Assembly: GCA_003447595.1 (NCBI GenBank)
Contig: DLYT01000021.1
Location: 27,016 to 69,755, forward strand
Direction of reading: 5' to 3'
Length of the DNA: 42,740 bases
Source of the DNA: Porphyromonadaceae bacterium
GTDB lineage: Bacteria; Bacteroidota; Bacteroidia; Bacteroidales; CAMTPD01
How positions within the stretch are numbered: position 1 is the stretch's first letter; each line of letters begins with the position of its first letter. This document shows positions 1 through 9,430 of the stretch, piece after piece. The translations under genes and the position numbers were made by a program. The notes beneath the pieces were generated by a model. The model saw nothing but the letters and a program-made list of their open reading frames with translations. It searched no databases and was not told the origin of the DNA.

Positions 1-393
1 ATCCTATTACAACTTTTCTCTACCTTTATCGAAGGCAACATCGACGACAAAGAGTCTCAATTAAAAAACAAGCAATTACGACTCAACAAAGTATTGAATC
101 ATATCGTAAATCATTTACACGAAAAAATAACAGTAAGTGAACTTGCCGAGTTAATGTGCCTAAGTACCGATCACTTCTCGATTCTTTTCAAGAAGATCAT
201 GGGGTTGCGTCCCAACGAATACCTACAACTCAAACGAATAGAACAAGCACAAATCTTGTTGTCGACAACAGATATTCCGATACAGGAAATAGCCCGTAAA
301 GTAGGGATTGAGAATCCTTCTCGCTTTTCGACACTATTTTCGCAATACAACCACATGTCGCCGGGGCAATACCGAAAGACTTCGCAGGGATAA
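1..393 (+). CDS. AraC-family transcriptional regulator, C-terminal HTH domain (5' end outside the window)
   Basis: Frame 1 is open from nt 1 to the TAA at 391-393, so the track start at 94 is only an internal TTG. AraC-type double HTH is visible: ELAELMCLSTDHFSILFKK and IQEIARKVGIENPSRFSTLFSQ..SPGQYRK. Confidence 0.8.
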   Translation: MLLQLFSTFIEGNIDDKESQLKNKQLRLNKVLNHIVNHLHEKITVSELAELMCLSTDHFSILFKKIMGLRPNEYLQLKRIEQAQILLSTTDIPIQEIARKVGIENPSRFSTLFSQYNHMSPGQYRKTSQG

Positions 394-446
394 TCCTCCT
401 TTCGCAATCGCTCCTGCATGACGACCTGCAAAAAAAATGATGAATA

Positions 447-556
447 TATCGAATAAAAAAGCATGCATGGTTCTTCCAAAAAGCTAATAAGGTTTTTGCT
501 AAAACCTAACTAGCTTTACAGAAAAAGCATGCATGGTTTATTTTTAGAGTTCGTAT
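447..556. repeat. 22-bp phased repeat array, locus A (5 units)
   Basis: Consecutive 22-mers: tatcgaataaaaaagcatgcat / ggttcttccaaaaagctaataa / ggtttttgctaaaacctaacta / gctttacagaaaaagcatgcat / ggtttatttttagagttcgtat. The AAAAGC-type right arms recur exactly every 22 nt (457, 479, 501, 523). Confidence 0.8.
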
Positions 557-566
557 ATAATAAGGA

Positions 567-596
567 AAGGACCTGTTTCGGGTGAAACAAGTCCTT
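567..596. terminator. hairpin between convergent AraC-family and pflA genes
   Basis: aaggacctgtttc-gggt-gaaacaagtcctt forms a 13-bp stem with one mismatch and moderately T-rich flanks on both strands. Confidence 0.5.
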
Positions 597-717
597 CTTA
601 TTCTCAAAATAAACACACATATAAACCTGGAAAATGCTGCTTGGAAAAACAGCTATCAAGTTAATTTCGTATTATATAGTTCTCATCTATAATGGATGAG
701 TTTTATATATTCAATTC

Positions 718-1443
718 TTAGTTTACAAAAACAGTAGGGAAATATTCTTCGAATAGTTCTCTTGCTTGAATCAACTGTTCGGGAGTATTCTCTTTCACAT
801 CTTCCAGTTTATAAGTCATACCAAGGTGTTTGAACTTATGTCTGCCAAGCGTGTGATAAGGAAGTATCTCGATACGCTGAATCATTTTGTAATCTTTGAA
901 GTGCTCTCCCATTGCACGGATATGTGCTTCGAAGTCACTTAATCCCGGCACAAGTACGTAGCGAATCCACATCGGAATCCCTTGTTCTTCGAGCCAAGCA
1001 GCCGTTTGCAAAGTAGTTGTATTATCACGCTCTGTGATTACTTTGTGCTGGTCGTTATTAAATTCTTTAATATCGAGCAATACTAAGTCTACAAGCTTAA
1101 ACAGCTCTTTTGTTTCGTCGGTAAGAATACCGCCATTACTATCAAGGCATACACTGATACCTTCTTCTTTCAATCGCTTTACCAAAGGAATAAGCGCTTT
1201 AGCCTGCATTGTAGGTTCTCCGCCCGAGAAGGTTACCCCTCCACGTTTTCCAAAGAAAGCTTTCTGGCTGATGGCCATTTTTACGATCTCTTCCGGATCG
1301 GTTGGCTTTCCGCCTTTCACACTTATCGTATCTGCGTTGGCACAATAAAGACATCTGAAATTACAGCCTTGCAAGAAAACGACGAGTCGCAATCCGGGTC
1401 CATCGTGCGTACCCATTGATTCATAAGAGTGAACTTGTAACAT
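718..1443 (-). CDS. pflA: pyruvate formate-lyase activating enzyme (radical SAM)
   Basis: CNFRCLYCAN (CxxxCxxC) cluster motif near the N-terminus and GGVTFSGGEP SAM motif. It lies directly downstream of pflB. I chose the ATG at 1441-1443 (MLQVHSYES...) rather than the longer track ORF ending at 1506. Confidence 0.9.
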   Translation of the reverse strand: MLQVHSYESMGTHDGPGLRLVVFLQGCNFRCLYCANADTISVKGGKPTDPEEIVKMAISQKAFFGKRGGVTFSGGEPTMQAKALIPLVKRLKEEGISVCLDSNGGILTDETKELFKLVDLVLLDIKEFNNDQHKVITERDNTTTLQTAAWLEEQGIPMWIRYVLVPGLSDFEAHIRAMGEHFKDYKMIQRIEILPYHTLGRHKFKHLGMTYKLEDVKENTPEQLIQARELFEEYFPTVFVN

Positions 1444-1461
1444 AAAGTATATTTTGTTTGC

Positions 1462-1492
1462 AATAAAAAGAAACTGCCCCGAAACCACGGGG
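1462..1492 (-). terminator. intrinsic terminator/attenuator between pflB and pflA
   Basis: Minus strand: ccccgtggtttcgggg hairpin (1477-1492) followed by cagtttcttttta. An internal pflB-pflA terminator is also known in E. coli. Confidence 0.5.
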
Positions 1493-1564
1493 TAACGGAG
1501 CAGCACTGTATTGTAAGCTTTCGCTTCGCTTTTAAAGGATTACTTTTCGAGAAAGTGTATGTTA

Positions 1565-3793
1565 TTACATTCTTTCGAAGAAGCTTCTAGAGATAACTTC
1601 CAACTGTTGGTCGCGTGTAAGGCGTACGAAGTTTACTGCGTAACCTGATACACGGATTGTAAGTTGTGGATAGTTTTCCGGGTGTTCCATCGCGTCACGT
1701 AGCGTTTCGCGGTTAAGCACGTTTACGTTAAGGTGGTGAGCGCCTTTAGAGAAGTAACCGTCCATCATACCGATTAGGTTTTCTACGCGGTCTTCCGCTG
1801 TATTACCCAATGATTTAGGGATGATAGAGAATGTGTTACTTACACCGTCTTGAGCTTCTGCATAGTTGATCTTAGATACAGAAGACAAAGAAGCGATCGC
1901 ACCGTTTTTGTCACGTCCGTGCATTGGATTTGCACCCGGAGCAAATGCGATACCTTTAGCACGTCCGTCAGGTGTAGCACCAGTTTTCTTACCGTACATT
2001 ACGTTTGAAGTAATTGTAAGAATAGACAATGTTGGTTCTGCATTTTTATATGTTGGCAACTCTTTCAATAGATTGTTGAAGTAAGAAGTAAGACCTACTG
2101 CAATTGTATCTACGTCGTCGTTGTCATTACCATAGCATGGGAATTCGCCATCGATTTCGAAACCTTCTGTCAAGCCGATATCGTTACGTTTTGGAGTAAC
2201 ATTAGCAAACTTGATTGCAGAAAGTGAGTCAGCTACGATAGAAAGACCAGCTGCACCGTAAGCAAGGTTGATATGAGGATTTGTATCTACAAGCGCCATT
2301 TGAGCTTTTTCGTAGTAATACTTATCGTGCATGTAGTGGATGATGTTCATCGAGTCGTTGTATACACGAGCTACCTCTTTCAATACTTTCTTATAATTCT
2401 CCAATACTTCGTCGTAACAAAGTGGAGTTTTTGTCAATGCAGGAATACCTTTCACTACAGTTTTACCTGTAAACTCGCAACGACCTTCGTTCAATGCAAG
2501 AAGAAGAGCTTTTGCAAGGTTGGCACGAGCACCAAAGAATTGGATGTGTTTACCAATTTCTTGGAACGATACACAACATGCGATACCGTAATCGTCTGAG
2601 TGACGAGTTGCACGCATCAAGTCATCGTTTTCGTACTGTACCGATGAAGTATCGATAGATACTTGAGCACAGAATTGTTTGAAACCTTCAGGAAGTTCAG
2701 GAGACCAAAGCACAGTCATGTTTGGTTCTGGTGATGGCCCTAGGTTGTATAGTGTTTGCAAGAAACGGAATGAAGTCTTAGTAACTTTGTGACGACCGTC
2801 GTTGAAACGACCACCGATAGCTTCAGTTACCCAAGTTGGGTCTCCTGCAAAAATTTCGTTGTAAGAATCCATACGTAGGTGACGTACCATACGTAGTTTG
2901 ATTACGAACTGGTCGATCAACTCTTGAGCATAAGTTTCGTCGATCAAACCTGCTTGTAGATCGTGTTCGATATAAATATCAAGGAATGAAGAAACATTAC
3001 CCAATGACATCGCAGCACCATCTTGCTCTTTTACAGCAGCAAGGTATGCCATGTATACCCATTGTACAGCTTCTTGTGCAGTGTGTGCAGGACGAGACAA
3101 GTCAAGACCATAGTACTCACCCATTACTTTCATTGCTTTAAGCGCTTTGATTTGCTCAGCAACTTCTTCGCGAAGGCGGATACGATCTTCAACCATCGGA
3201 CCTGTAAGGTTGTTCAAGTCTTGGCTCTTAGCCTCGATTAGGCGATCGATGCCATAAAGAGCCATACGACGGTAGTCACCAATTACACGACCACGTGCGT
3301 AGTTATCAGGTAAACCTGTTAGGAAACCTAATGAACGATAAAGTCTGATTTCTGAAGTATACGCATCGAATACACCATCGTTGTGACTCTTAACGTAGTT
3401 ATAGAAAATCTCTTTTACTTTTTCGTCTACTTCAAGACCATGCTCAGCACAAGCCTTTTCAACAACTTTGATACCTCCGTAAGGTTTCATTGCTCTGCGA
3501 AGTAGCTTGTCAGTTTGTAAACCAACGATCAGTTCGCTTTCTTGATCAATGTAGCCAGCTTTGTGAGAAGTGATCGTAGAAATTAATTTGTTATCGATTT
3601 CACGAACACCGTTGTTCTCTCTTTCCTCTTTGATAGCCTCACAACACAAAGCCCAAACTTTCTTTGTTCTTTCAGTTGGTCCTGCCAAGAAGCTTGCATC
3701 ACCATCGTAAGGTGTTACATTTTTCTTTACAAAGTCGGTTACGTCGATGGCTTCCATCCATCTTCCTTCCTTAAAATTCATCTTCTGATCCAT
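1565..3793 (-). CDS. pflB: formate C-acetyltransferase (pyruvate formate-lyase)
   Basis: Collinear with E. coli PflB as I recall it. Glycyl-radical motif RVSGYAV at the C-terminus and active-site Cys pair in IACCVS. The track start at 3814 is a TTG, so I prefer the first ATG at 3791-3793 ([10 protein letters not shown]...). Confidence 0.93.
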   Translation of the reverse strand: MDQKMNFKEGRWMEAIDVTDFVKKNVTPYDGDASFLAGPTERTKKVWALCCEAIKEERENNGVREIDNKLISTITSHKAGYIDQESELIVGLQTDKLLRRAMKPYGGIKVVEKACAEHGLEVDEKVKEIFYNYVKSHNDGVFDAYTSEIRLYRSLGFLTGLPDNYARGRVIGDYRRMALYGIDRLIEAKSQDLNNLTGPMVEDRIRLREEVAEQIKALKAMKVMGEYYGLDLSRPAHTAQEAVQWVYMAYLAAVKEQDGAAMSLGNVSSFLDIYIEHDLQAGLIDETYAQELIDQFVIKLRMVRHLRMDSYNEIFAGDPTWVTEAIGGRFNDGRHKVTKTSFRFLQTLYNLGPSPEPNMTVLWSPELPEGFKQFCAQVSIDTSSVQYENDDLMRATRHSDDYGIACCVSFQEIGKHIQFFGARANLAKALLLALNEGRCEFTGKTVVKGIPALTKTPLCYDEVLENYKKVLKEVARVYNDSMNIIHYMHDKYYYEKAQMALVDTNPHINLAYGAAGLSIVADSLSAIKFANVTPKRNDIGLTEGFEIDGEFPCYGNDNDDVDTIAVGLTSYFNNLLKELPTYKNAEPTLSILTITSNVMYGKKTGATPDGRAKGIAFAPGANPMHGRDKNGAIASLSSVSKINYAEAQDGVSNTFSIIPKSLGNTAEDRVENLIGMMDGYFSKGAHHLNVNVLNRETLRDAMEHPENYPQLTIRVSGYAVNFVRLTRDQQLEVISRSFFERM

Positions 3794-3828
3794 ATCGGTT
3801 AGTAAAGTTTTCAATTTTAAAATCGATA

Positions 3829-3836
3829 CAAATATA
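3829..3836 (-). promoter_or_regulatory. -7 box (TAtaTTTG on the minus strand) for pflB
   Basis: The plus strand reads CAAATATA, 36-43 nt upstream of the ATG at 3793. Confidence 0.45.
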
Positions 3837-4273
3837 GGAAGTAATTACGGAAAAAAATCCACATTGAGCCAAAAAAACATGCTTTACAGCATTAATTTGC
3901 GCAAACTACCGTAAACAAACCTTTCGTTTAGGGAATATTTGTAAACGCAATACCCGCATTTGTTAAAGAAAGAGCTCGATTCGAAACAGAAATAAAGCTA
4001 TCTATTTTGCAACATACACATTACAAAATAAGCACTTACAATTTAAAAGCAACTTCTAGAAAGCGGTCCTGAAACGTTAAATTAGAAAGAGGCAAGAAAA
4101 GCGTAATTTACCTCCGTAAAAATGAAAAACCGAAATATTTATGTCTACTCTTTTACTCAACCATTGCCATAATGGAATATTGGATGCACCAATCATTGTA
4201 AATCATGCAGCTTTTGCATGCGGCAAAACAACCAAACGACAGTTCACACATCTTACTATAACCCTAACGACGC

Positions 4274-4388
4274 ACGCTGCGTGCGTGATTTCAACCACGG
4301 AGCGTGCGTGAATTCAGTCACGCTGCGTAAGTAAATCGAAGCACGCTGCGTGAACAAAAACAACGACGCCGCGTGACAAATAACATCT
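4274..4388. repeat. 5 x 23-bp phased direct repeats (ACGCTGCGTG head, variable tail)
   Basis: acgctgcgtgcgtgatttcaacc / acggagcgtgcgtgaattcagtc / acgctgcgtaagtaaatcgaagc / acgctgcgtgaacaaaaacaacg / acgccgcgtgacaaataacatct. Heads start at 4274, 4297, 4320, 4343 and 4366. Confidence 0.85.
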
Positions 4389-4450
4389 CTTGCTGTACTT
4401 CAAAATTTGACAGTCAATGCCTTTTTCTATTATAAATATAAAAAGAGTCG

Positions 4451-4458
4451 TATATTTG
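4451..4458 (+). promoter_or_regulatory. -7 box TAtaTTTG upstream of the OPT transporter
   Basis: Exact TAnnTTTG match, 89 nt before the GTG at 4547. Confidence 0.4.
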
Positions 4459-4546
4459 GGAATATTTATATGTGTATTCTAAAATTCACCAAATATTGAA
4501 TACAATGAACATCGATCTTAATAATTAACCCATAAAATAGTTTACT

Positions 4547-6550
4547 GTGTCACACATCGAAAACAAGAAAAACGTAGGACTTCCCGAAAACGCATATCGG
4601 GAACTAAAACCGGGCGAAAAGTATGAGCCTATCTTATCTCCAAACAAATCGTATCCTGAAGTAACACCCTGGTCTGTTACATGGGGATTGATTATGGCAG
4701 TATTATTCTCTGCAGCCGCAGCTTATTTAGGACTTAAAGTAGGTCAGGTTTTTGAAGCTGCCATCCCGATTGCCATTATCGCTGTTGGTTTGTCTAACGG
4801 AACAAAACGCAAAAACGCGTTGGGCGAGAATGTCATCATTCAATCCATCGGTGCAACATCGGGCGTAATCGTAGCGGGAGCTATTTTTACATTACCGGCA
4901 TTATACATTCTGCAAGACAAATATCCGGAAATCACAGTAAACTTTTTCGAGGTTTTCTTTAGCTCATTGCTAGGAGGTTTTCTTGGCATCTTATTGTTGA
5001 TCCCATTTAGAAAATATTTCGTATCAGATATGCACGGTAAATATCCTTTTCCGGAAGCAACCGCAACTACACAGGTTCTTGTTTCGGGCGAAAAGGGTGG
5101 CAACCAAGCTAAGCCGCTTATCTTTGCCGGACTTATCGGTGGTCTTTATGATTTTATCGCCGGTACTTTCGGATGGTGGAACGAAACCGTAACCACACGT
5201 ATTTGCGAAGCGGGCGTACAACTAGCCGACAAAGCAAAAGTGGTATTCAAGGTAAACACCGGAGCAGCCGTGCTTGGTCTTGGTTTCATTATCGGATTAA
5301 AATATTCGTTTATCATCTGCGCCGGATCGTTCTTGGTTTGGTTCGTGATCATCCCATTCATGTCATTCTATTTCAGCGATCAGTTGCTTACATTTGGTAA
5401 TCCGGCCATCACGGAGCTTGTAGGTAACATGAGCGCGGAACAAATATTCAGTACCTATGCCCGCAACATTGGTATTGGTGGTATTGCAACTGCCGGTATT
5501 ATCGGAATTATCCGCTCTTGGGGAATCATTAAAGGTGCGGTTTCTCTTGCTGCCAAAGAAATGGGCGGAAAGGCAAAGAACGTTGAGAAGTCTGAGCTTC
5601 GCACCAAACGCGACCTTTCGATGAAGATTATTGGTTTCGGATCTATCATTACACTTGCCGTTATCTTTATATTCTTCTACATGGGTGTAGTGGAAAATCT
5701 AAAACTTGCCATCGTAGGTTTGCTTATCGTAGCCGTGATCGCATTCTTGTTTACAACGGTTGCCGCAAATGCGATTGCGATCGTTGGTACCAATCCGGTG
5801 TCGGGAATGACGTTGATGACGTTGATCTTGGCTTCAATCATCCTTGTTAGCGTAGGTCTTAGCGGTACTGCCGGTATGGTGTCGGCGCTTATCATCGGAG
5901 GTGTTGTTTGTACGGCTCTTTCAATGGCGGGCGGATTCATTACCGACTTAAAGATTGGTTACTGGATTGGTAATACACCTGCTAAACAGGAAACATGGAA
6001 GTTCTTAGGAACACTTGTTTCGGCAGCTACAGTAGGTGGTGTGATCTTAATTTTGAACCAAGCTTATGGTTTCTCAAGTGGTCAATTGGCGGCACCTCAA
6101 GCAAATGCCATGGCTGCGGTTATCGAACCTTTGATGTCCGGAGCTGGCGCTCAATGGGAAATGTATGGTATCGGTGCAATCCTAGCCATTGTACTTACAT
6201 GGATGAAAGTACCTGCATTGGCTTTTGCGTTGGGTATGTTTATTCCGATGGAACTAAATACGCCGCTTCTTGTGGGTGGTCTTATCAATTGGTATGTAAG
6301 TACACGTAGCAAAGATGCAGAATTGAATACGGCTCGCGTAGAAAAAGGAACATTATTGGCATCGGGCTTTATTGCCGGTGGTGCGTTGATGGGGGTAGTG
6401 AGTGCGGCTATGCGATTTGGCGGACTTAACTTTATCGACGAGGCTTGGTTGGAAAACAGCTTATCGGAAGTGGTTGCTCTTGTCGTATATATTGGCATCA
6501 TCATTTATCTTACTGTTAGCTCGATGAAAGCAAAGAAAGAAGAGGCATAA
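4547..6550 (+). CDS. OPT-family oligopeptide transporter
   Basis: 667-aa polytopic membrane protein with many glycine-rich TM segments. The N-terminus GLPENAYRELKPGEKYEP matches bacterial OPT transporters as I remember them. GTG start, with no in-frame ATG for about 50 codons. Confidence 0.8.
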   Translation: MSHIENKKNVGLPENAYRELKPGEKYEPILSPNKSYPEVTPWSVTWGLIMAVLFSAAAAYLGLKVGQVFEAAIPIAIIAVGLSNGTKRKNALGENVIIQSIGATSGVIVAGAIFTLPALYILQDKYPEITVNFFEVFFSSLLGGFLGILLLIPFRKYFVSDMHGKYPFPEATATTQVLVSGEKGGNQAKPLIFAGLIGGLYDFIAGTFGWWNETVTTRICEAGVQLADKAKVVFKVNTGAAVLGLGFIIGLKYSFIICAGSFLVWFVIIPFMSFYFSDQLLTFGNPAITELVGNMSAEQIFSTYARNIGIGGIATAGIIGIIRSWGIIKGAVSLAAKEMGGKAKNVEKSELRTKRDLSMKIIGFGSIITLAVIFIFFYMGVVENLKLAIVGLLIVAVIAFLFTTVAANAIAIVGTNPVSGMTLMTLILASIILVSVGLSGTAGMVSALIIGGVVCTALSMAGGFITDLKIGYWIGNTPAKQETWKFLGTLVSAATVGGVILILNQAYGFSSGQLAAPQANAMAAVIEPLMSGAGAQWEMYGIGAILAIVLTWMKVPALAFALGMFIPMELNTPLLVGGLINWYVSTRSKDAELNTARVEKGTLLASGFIAGGALMGVVSAAMRFGGLNFIDEAWLENSLSEVVALVVYIGIIIYLTVSSMKAKKEEA

Positions 6551-6587
6551 GCAGCTTCTGACCGTTGATATATTACTATACATTAGT

Positions 6588-6619
6588 GGGGACCTACGTT
6601 GAGTGGTCCCCTTTAATTT
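6588..6619 (+). terminator. intrinsic terminator after the OPT transporter
   Basis: ggggacc-tacgttgagt-ggtcccc followed by tttaattt. Confidence 0.7.
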
Positions 6620-6628
6620 AAATATTAA

Positions 6629-7258
6629 ATGAAAACAGATAGTTTAATCTTTGATATGGACGGAACCATTTGGGATGCCGTCGATACCTATGTGGCGAGT
6701 TGGAATAAGGGTGCCGAAATATATGGTCTTGAAAAACGTTTCACACGCGAAGGTCTGGAGAAACTAATGGGACAGGAAATTAAGAAGTTGCTCGAAGCTA
6801 CTGTACCCGAACTATCGGAAGATGAACGCTGGCGATTCTTTCACACGGTAGTAGACCAAACGGATGAAGCTTTTGCCGAATTGGGAGCCAATATTTATCC
6901 CGGTGTTGTGGAAGGAATGGAAAAGCTATCTAAAAAGTATAAGTTGTTCGTATTGAGTAATTGCGACAAAGGAGGTATCCCGCAAATGCTAGGCATTACC
7001 GGACTTTCACCTTATATTACCGACTACTTCGAATATGGCATGAACACGATGCCTAAAAGCCATAATATGCATTTGCTGAAAGAGAAGCATAACTTGCAGC
7101 ATCCTGTATACGTTGGCGATACGGAGGGCGACAGTTATCAAACGCGCCTTGCGGGATTTCCATTTGTGTTTGTTGCTTACGGACACGGAAATACCGAACA
7201 TTTCGATATCAAGTTTGATTCGTTTGATCAATTGACGGAGTATTTTATGAACTTATAA
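6629..7258 (+). CDS. HAD-family hydrolase (phosphoglycolate phosphatase-like)
   Basis: HAD motif I DMDGTIWD at residues 9-16, motif II LSNC, motif IV VGDTEGD. Confidence 0.75.
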   Translation: MKTDSLIFDMDGTIWDAVDTYVASWNKGAEIYGLEKRFTREGLEKLMGQEIKKLLEATVPELSEDERWRFFHTVVDQTDEAFAELGANIYPGVVEGMEKLSKKYKLFVLSNCDKGGIPQMLGITGLSPYITDYFEYGMNTMPKSHNMHLLKEKHNLQHPVYVGDTEGDSYQTRLAGFPFVFVAYGHGNTEHFDIKFDSFDQLTEYFMNL

Positions 7259-7268
7259 AACGATTACT

Positions 7269-8753
7269 ATGAGCAGCACGCTAATCCTTTCGATTATAGT
7301 CGGCTATTTTGCACTATTGGTTCTTATCTCATTCATTACCGGATATCACAATACGGACAACGATGCCTTCTTCCGCGGAAAAAGAAAATCACCTTGGACT
7401 ATTGTTGCGATCGGGATGGTGGGTTCTTCGCTTTCGGGTGTAACGTTTGTTTCGGTGCCGGGAATGGTACGGGGAATAGACATGACCTATATGCAAACAG
7501 TACTGGGCTTTTTCGTAGGTTATCTGATCATTGCTCATGTATTGTTACCGTTGTATTATAAGCTAAATCTAACTACGATTTATACTTATTTGGACGAAAG
7601 AATGGGGCGCAATGCTTACAAAACAGGTGCTTCATTCTTTCTTCTTTCGAAAACAATCGGAGCAGCTGCCCGATTATACCTCGTCACCTTGATCTTACAA
7701 AACTACGTTTTCTCAACTTGGAACATTCCTTACATAGCAACCGTGGCTTTTACGTTGCTGCTTATCTGGCTCTACACCTACCGAAGTGGTATTAAAACCA
7801 TCGTATGGACAGATACGCTGCAAACTCTTTGCCTACTGGCCACGCTTGTTATTATCATTTGGGAATTATCCGAAGGCTTAGGCTTTAACTTCAAACAAAC
7901 CGTAGATACAATCACATCGAACGAGCACTTTCGTATTTTTGTTTTCGACGACTGGCATTCGAAGCAAAACTTCTTCAAACAGTTTTTTAGTGGGATCTTT
8001 ATTACCATCGTAATGACGGGGCTGGATCAAGATATGATGCAAAAGAATTTGTCGTGTAAAAATTTAGCATCTGCACAAAAAAACATGTATTTCTACGGCT
8101 TTGCCTTTACTCCCGTAAACTTCTTATTCCTATCGCTGGGAATATTACTACTGGTTTTTGCACAAAGCAAGGGTGTTGCTTTACCTACTCAAAGCGATGA
8201 TATTTTGCCCATGTTTGCAACCTCCGGAATGCTAGGCAATTCAATGCTGATCTTCTTTACTATCGGAATTATTGCGGCAGCTTTTTCGAGTGCCGACTCG
8301 GCTCTCACTGCGCTGACGACCTCGTTCTGTATCGACATATTAGAAGTAAATCATGAGGATGAAGCTAAAGCTAAACGCACCCGTTTGATAGTTCACTTTA
8401 TCATTTCAATATTATTTGCAATTATTATTGTTATCTTTAAGGCCTTAAACAACACAAGTGTGATTGATGCAATCTATATTATTGCCTCGTATACATACGG
8501 TCCTTTGTTGGGACTTTTTACATTTGGCTTGTTTACCAAACGACAACCAAACGACAGGTTAATCCCTTATATTTGTATTGCATCTCCGTTTGCCTGCTAT
8601 GCATTAGACTATATTGTTTCTGCATATACGGGATACCGCTTTGGCTACGAAATGCTAATGATAAACGGACTAATCACGTTTGTTGCACTTTGGCTAGTAT
8701 CGAATAATAATTGTAACTATGGAAATAAAAGACGCAAAGTTTGTAATCAGTAA
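7269..8753 (+). CDS. sodium:solute symporter family transporter
   Basis: 494-aa protein with about 12-13 TM segments and SSF-like N-terminal region ([32 protein letters not shown]). Substrate not inferable. Confidence 0.7.
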   Translation: MSSTLILSIIVGYFALLVLISFITGYHNTDNDAFFRGKRKSPWTIVAIGMVGSSLSGVTFVSVPGMVRGIDMTYMQTVLGFFVGYLIIAHVLLPLYYKLNLTTIYTYLDERMGRNAYKTGASFFLLSKTIGAAARLYLVTLILQNYVFSTWNIPYIATVAFTLLLIWLYTYRSGIKTIVWTDTLQTLCLLATLVIIIWELSEGLGFNFKQTVDTITSNEHFRIFVFDDWHSKQNFFKQFFSGIFITIVMTGLDQDMMQKNLSCKNLASAQKNMYFYGFAFTPVNFLFLSLGILLLVFAQSKGVALPTQSDDILPMFATSGMLGNSMLIFFTIGIIAAAFSSADSALTALTTSFCIDILEVNHEDEAKAKRTRLIVHFIISILFAIIIVIFKALNNTSVIDAIYIIASYTYGPLLGLFTFGLFTKRQPNDRLIPYICIASPFACYALDYIVSAYTGYRFGYEMLMINGLITFVALWLVSNNNCNYGNKRRKVCNQ

Positions 8754-9318
8754 TACAGACTATAAAAAATGTCCTGACGACGGAAAACCGGAATATGCAT
8801 TTATCGGTCGTTCTAATGTAGGTAAATCTTCGCTGATCAACATGCTTACCAACCGTAAAGGGTTAGCAATGACTTCTTCAAAACCGGGTAAGACTCAATT
8901 GATCAATCACTTTGAAATCAACGACGAATGGTATCTTGTCGACCTTCCGGGTTACGGGTATGCACAACGCGGAAAAGAAGGAAGAGAGATGATTCGTAAA
9001 ATCATCGACAGTTATATCTTGAAAAGAGAGGAACTTACTTGTTTATTCCTACTTCTCGACTGCCGCCACGATCCGCAACCGATTGATATGGATTTCATGG
9101 AATGGCTAGGCGAAAATGGTGTTCCATTCTGTATCGTATTTACGAAACAAGATAAGCTAAGTAAATCGAAGCTTAAGGAAAATCTAAACAAATACACTTC
9201 GAAGCTTATGGAAACATGGGAAGAACTTCCTCCTATCTTCGTTACTTCTTCGGAAAAATTTGAAGGTCGCGCCGAAATTCTCGATTACATTGATTCGATC
9301 AACAAATCATTGAAATAA
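8719..9318 (+). CDS. engB: ribosome-biogenesis GTPase YihA/EngB
   Basis: G1 [13 protein letters not shown]3 DLPGYG, G4 TKQDK. Size of 199 aa is typical. The start overlaps the 3' end of the symporter gene by 35 nt. Confidence 0.9.
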   Translation: MEIKDAKFVISNTDYKKCPDDGKPEYAFIGRSNVGKSSLINMLTNRKGLAMTSSKPGKTQLINHFEINDEWYLVDLPGYGYAQRGKEGREMIRKIIDSYILKREELTCLFLLLDCRHDPQPIDMDFMEWLGENGVPFCIVFTKQDKLSKSKLKENLNKYTSKLMETWEELPPIFVTSSEKFEGRAEILDYIDSINKSLK

Positions 9319-9339
9319 TTAGGTTGCAACTGATATCTC

Positions 9340-9391
9340 AAACCCCTTGATGCATGTATTGCTTTTCACAGCATGCTACATCAAGGGGTTT
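9340..9391. terminator. bidirectional terminator between engB and the MFS gene
   Basis: 13-bp stem aaaccccttgatg / catcaaggggttt with inner gcatg/catgc pairing. A/T runs on both sides. Confidence 0.7.
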
Positions 9392-9430
9392 GATGTATTA
9401 ATTTTCGAATAGTCTGAGTCTCCATGAGTA

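Noticed and set aside
171-479. This antisense or out-of-frame ORF, together with the many similar ones in the track (for example 1034-1348, 1866-2084, 2273-2599, 4840-6504 set, 10617-11231, 12146-12406, 13522-14130, 18508-19881, 20548-23518 set, 30564-30929, 31916-32158, 34438-34923, 37048-37482, 37879-38580, 38939-39988, 40448-40723, 41394-42395)
   Set aside because: Each lies inside, or antisense to, a long ORF with a clear family signature. Their translations are low-complexity or Cys/Arg/Ser-rich shadow sequences with no recognisable motif.
4141-4311. 56-codon ATG ORF (MSTLLLNHCHNGILDAPIIVNHAAFACGK...) running into the 23-bp repeats
   Set aside because: It is below the track cutoff, has no promoter box nearby and no recognisable motif. 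Its 3' third is simply the repeat array read in frame.
4274-4388. CRISPR-like interpretation of the 23-bp repeats
   Set aside because: The conserved part is only about 10 nt and the variable part only 12-13 nt. There are no cas genes in the window and no leader. This is inconsistent with CRISPR architecture.
8719-8753. 35-nt overlap between the symporter 3' end and the engB start
   Set aside because: The engB N-terminus ([11 protein letters not shown]...) looks authentic, and such overlaps are common in operons. This is not evidence of a frameshift or fusion.
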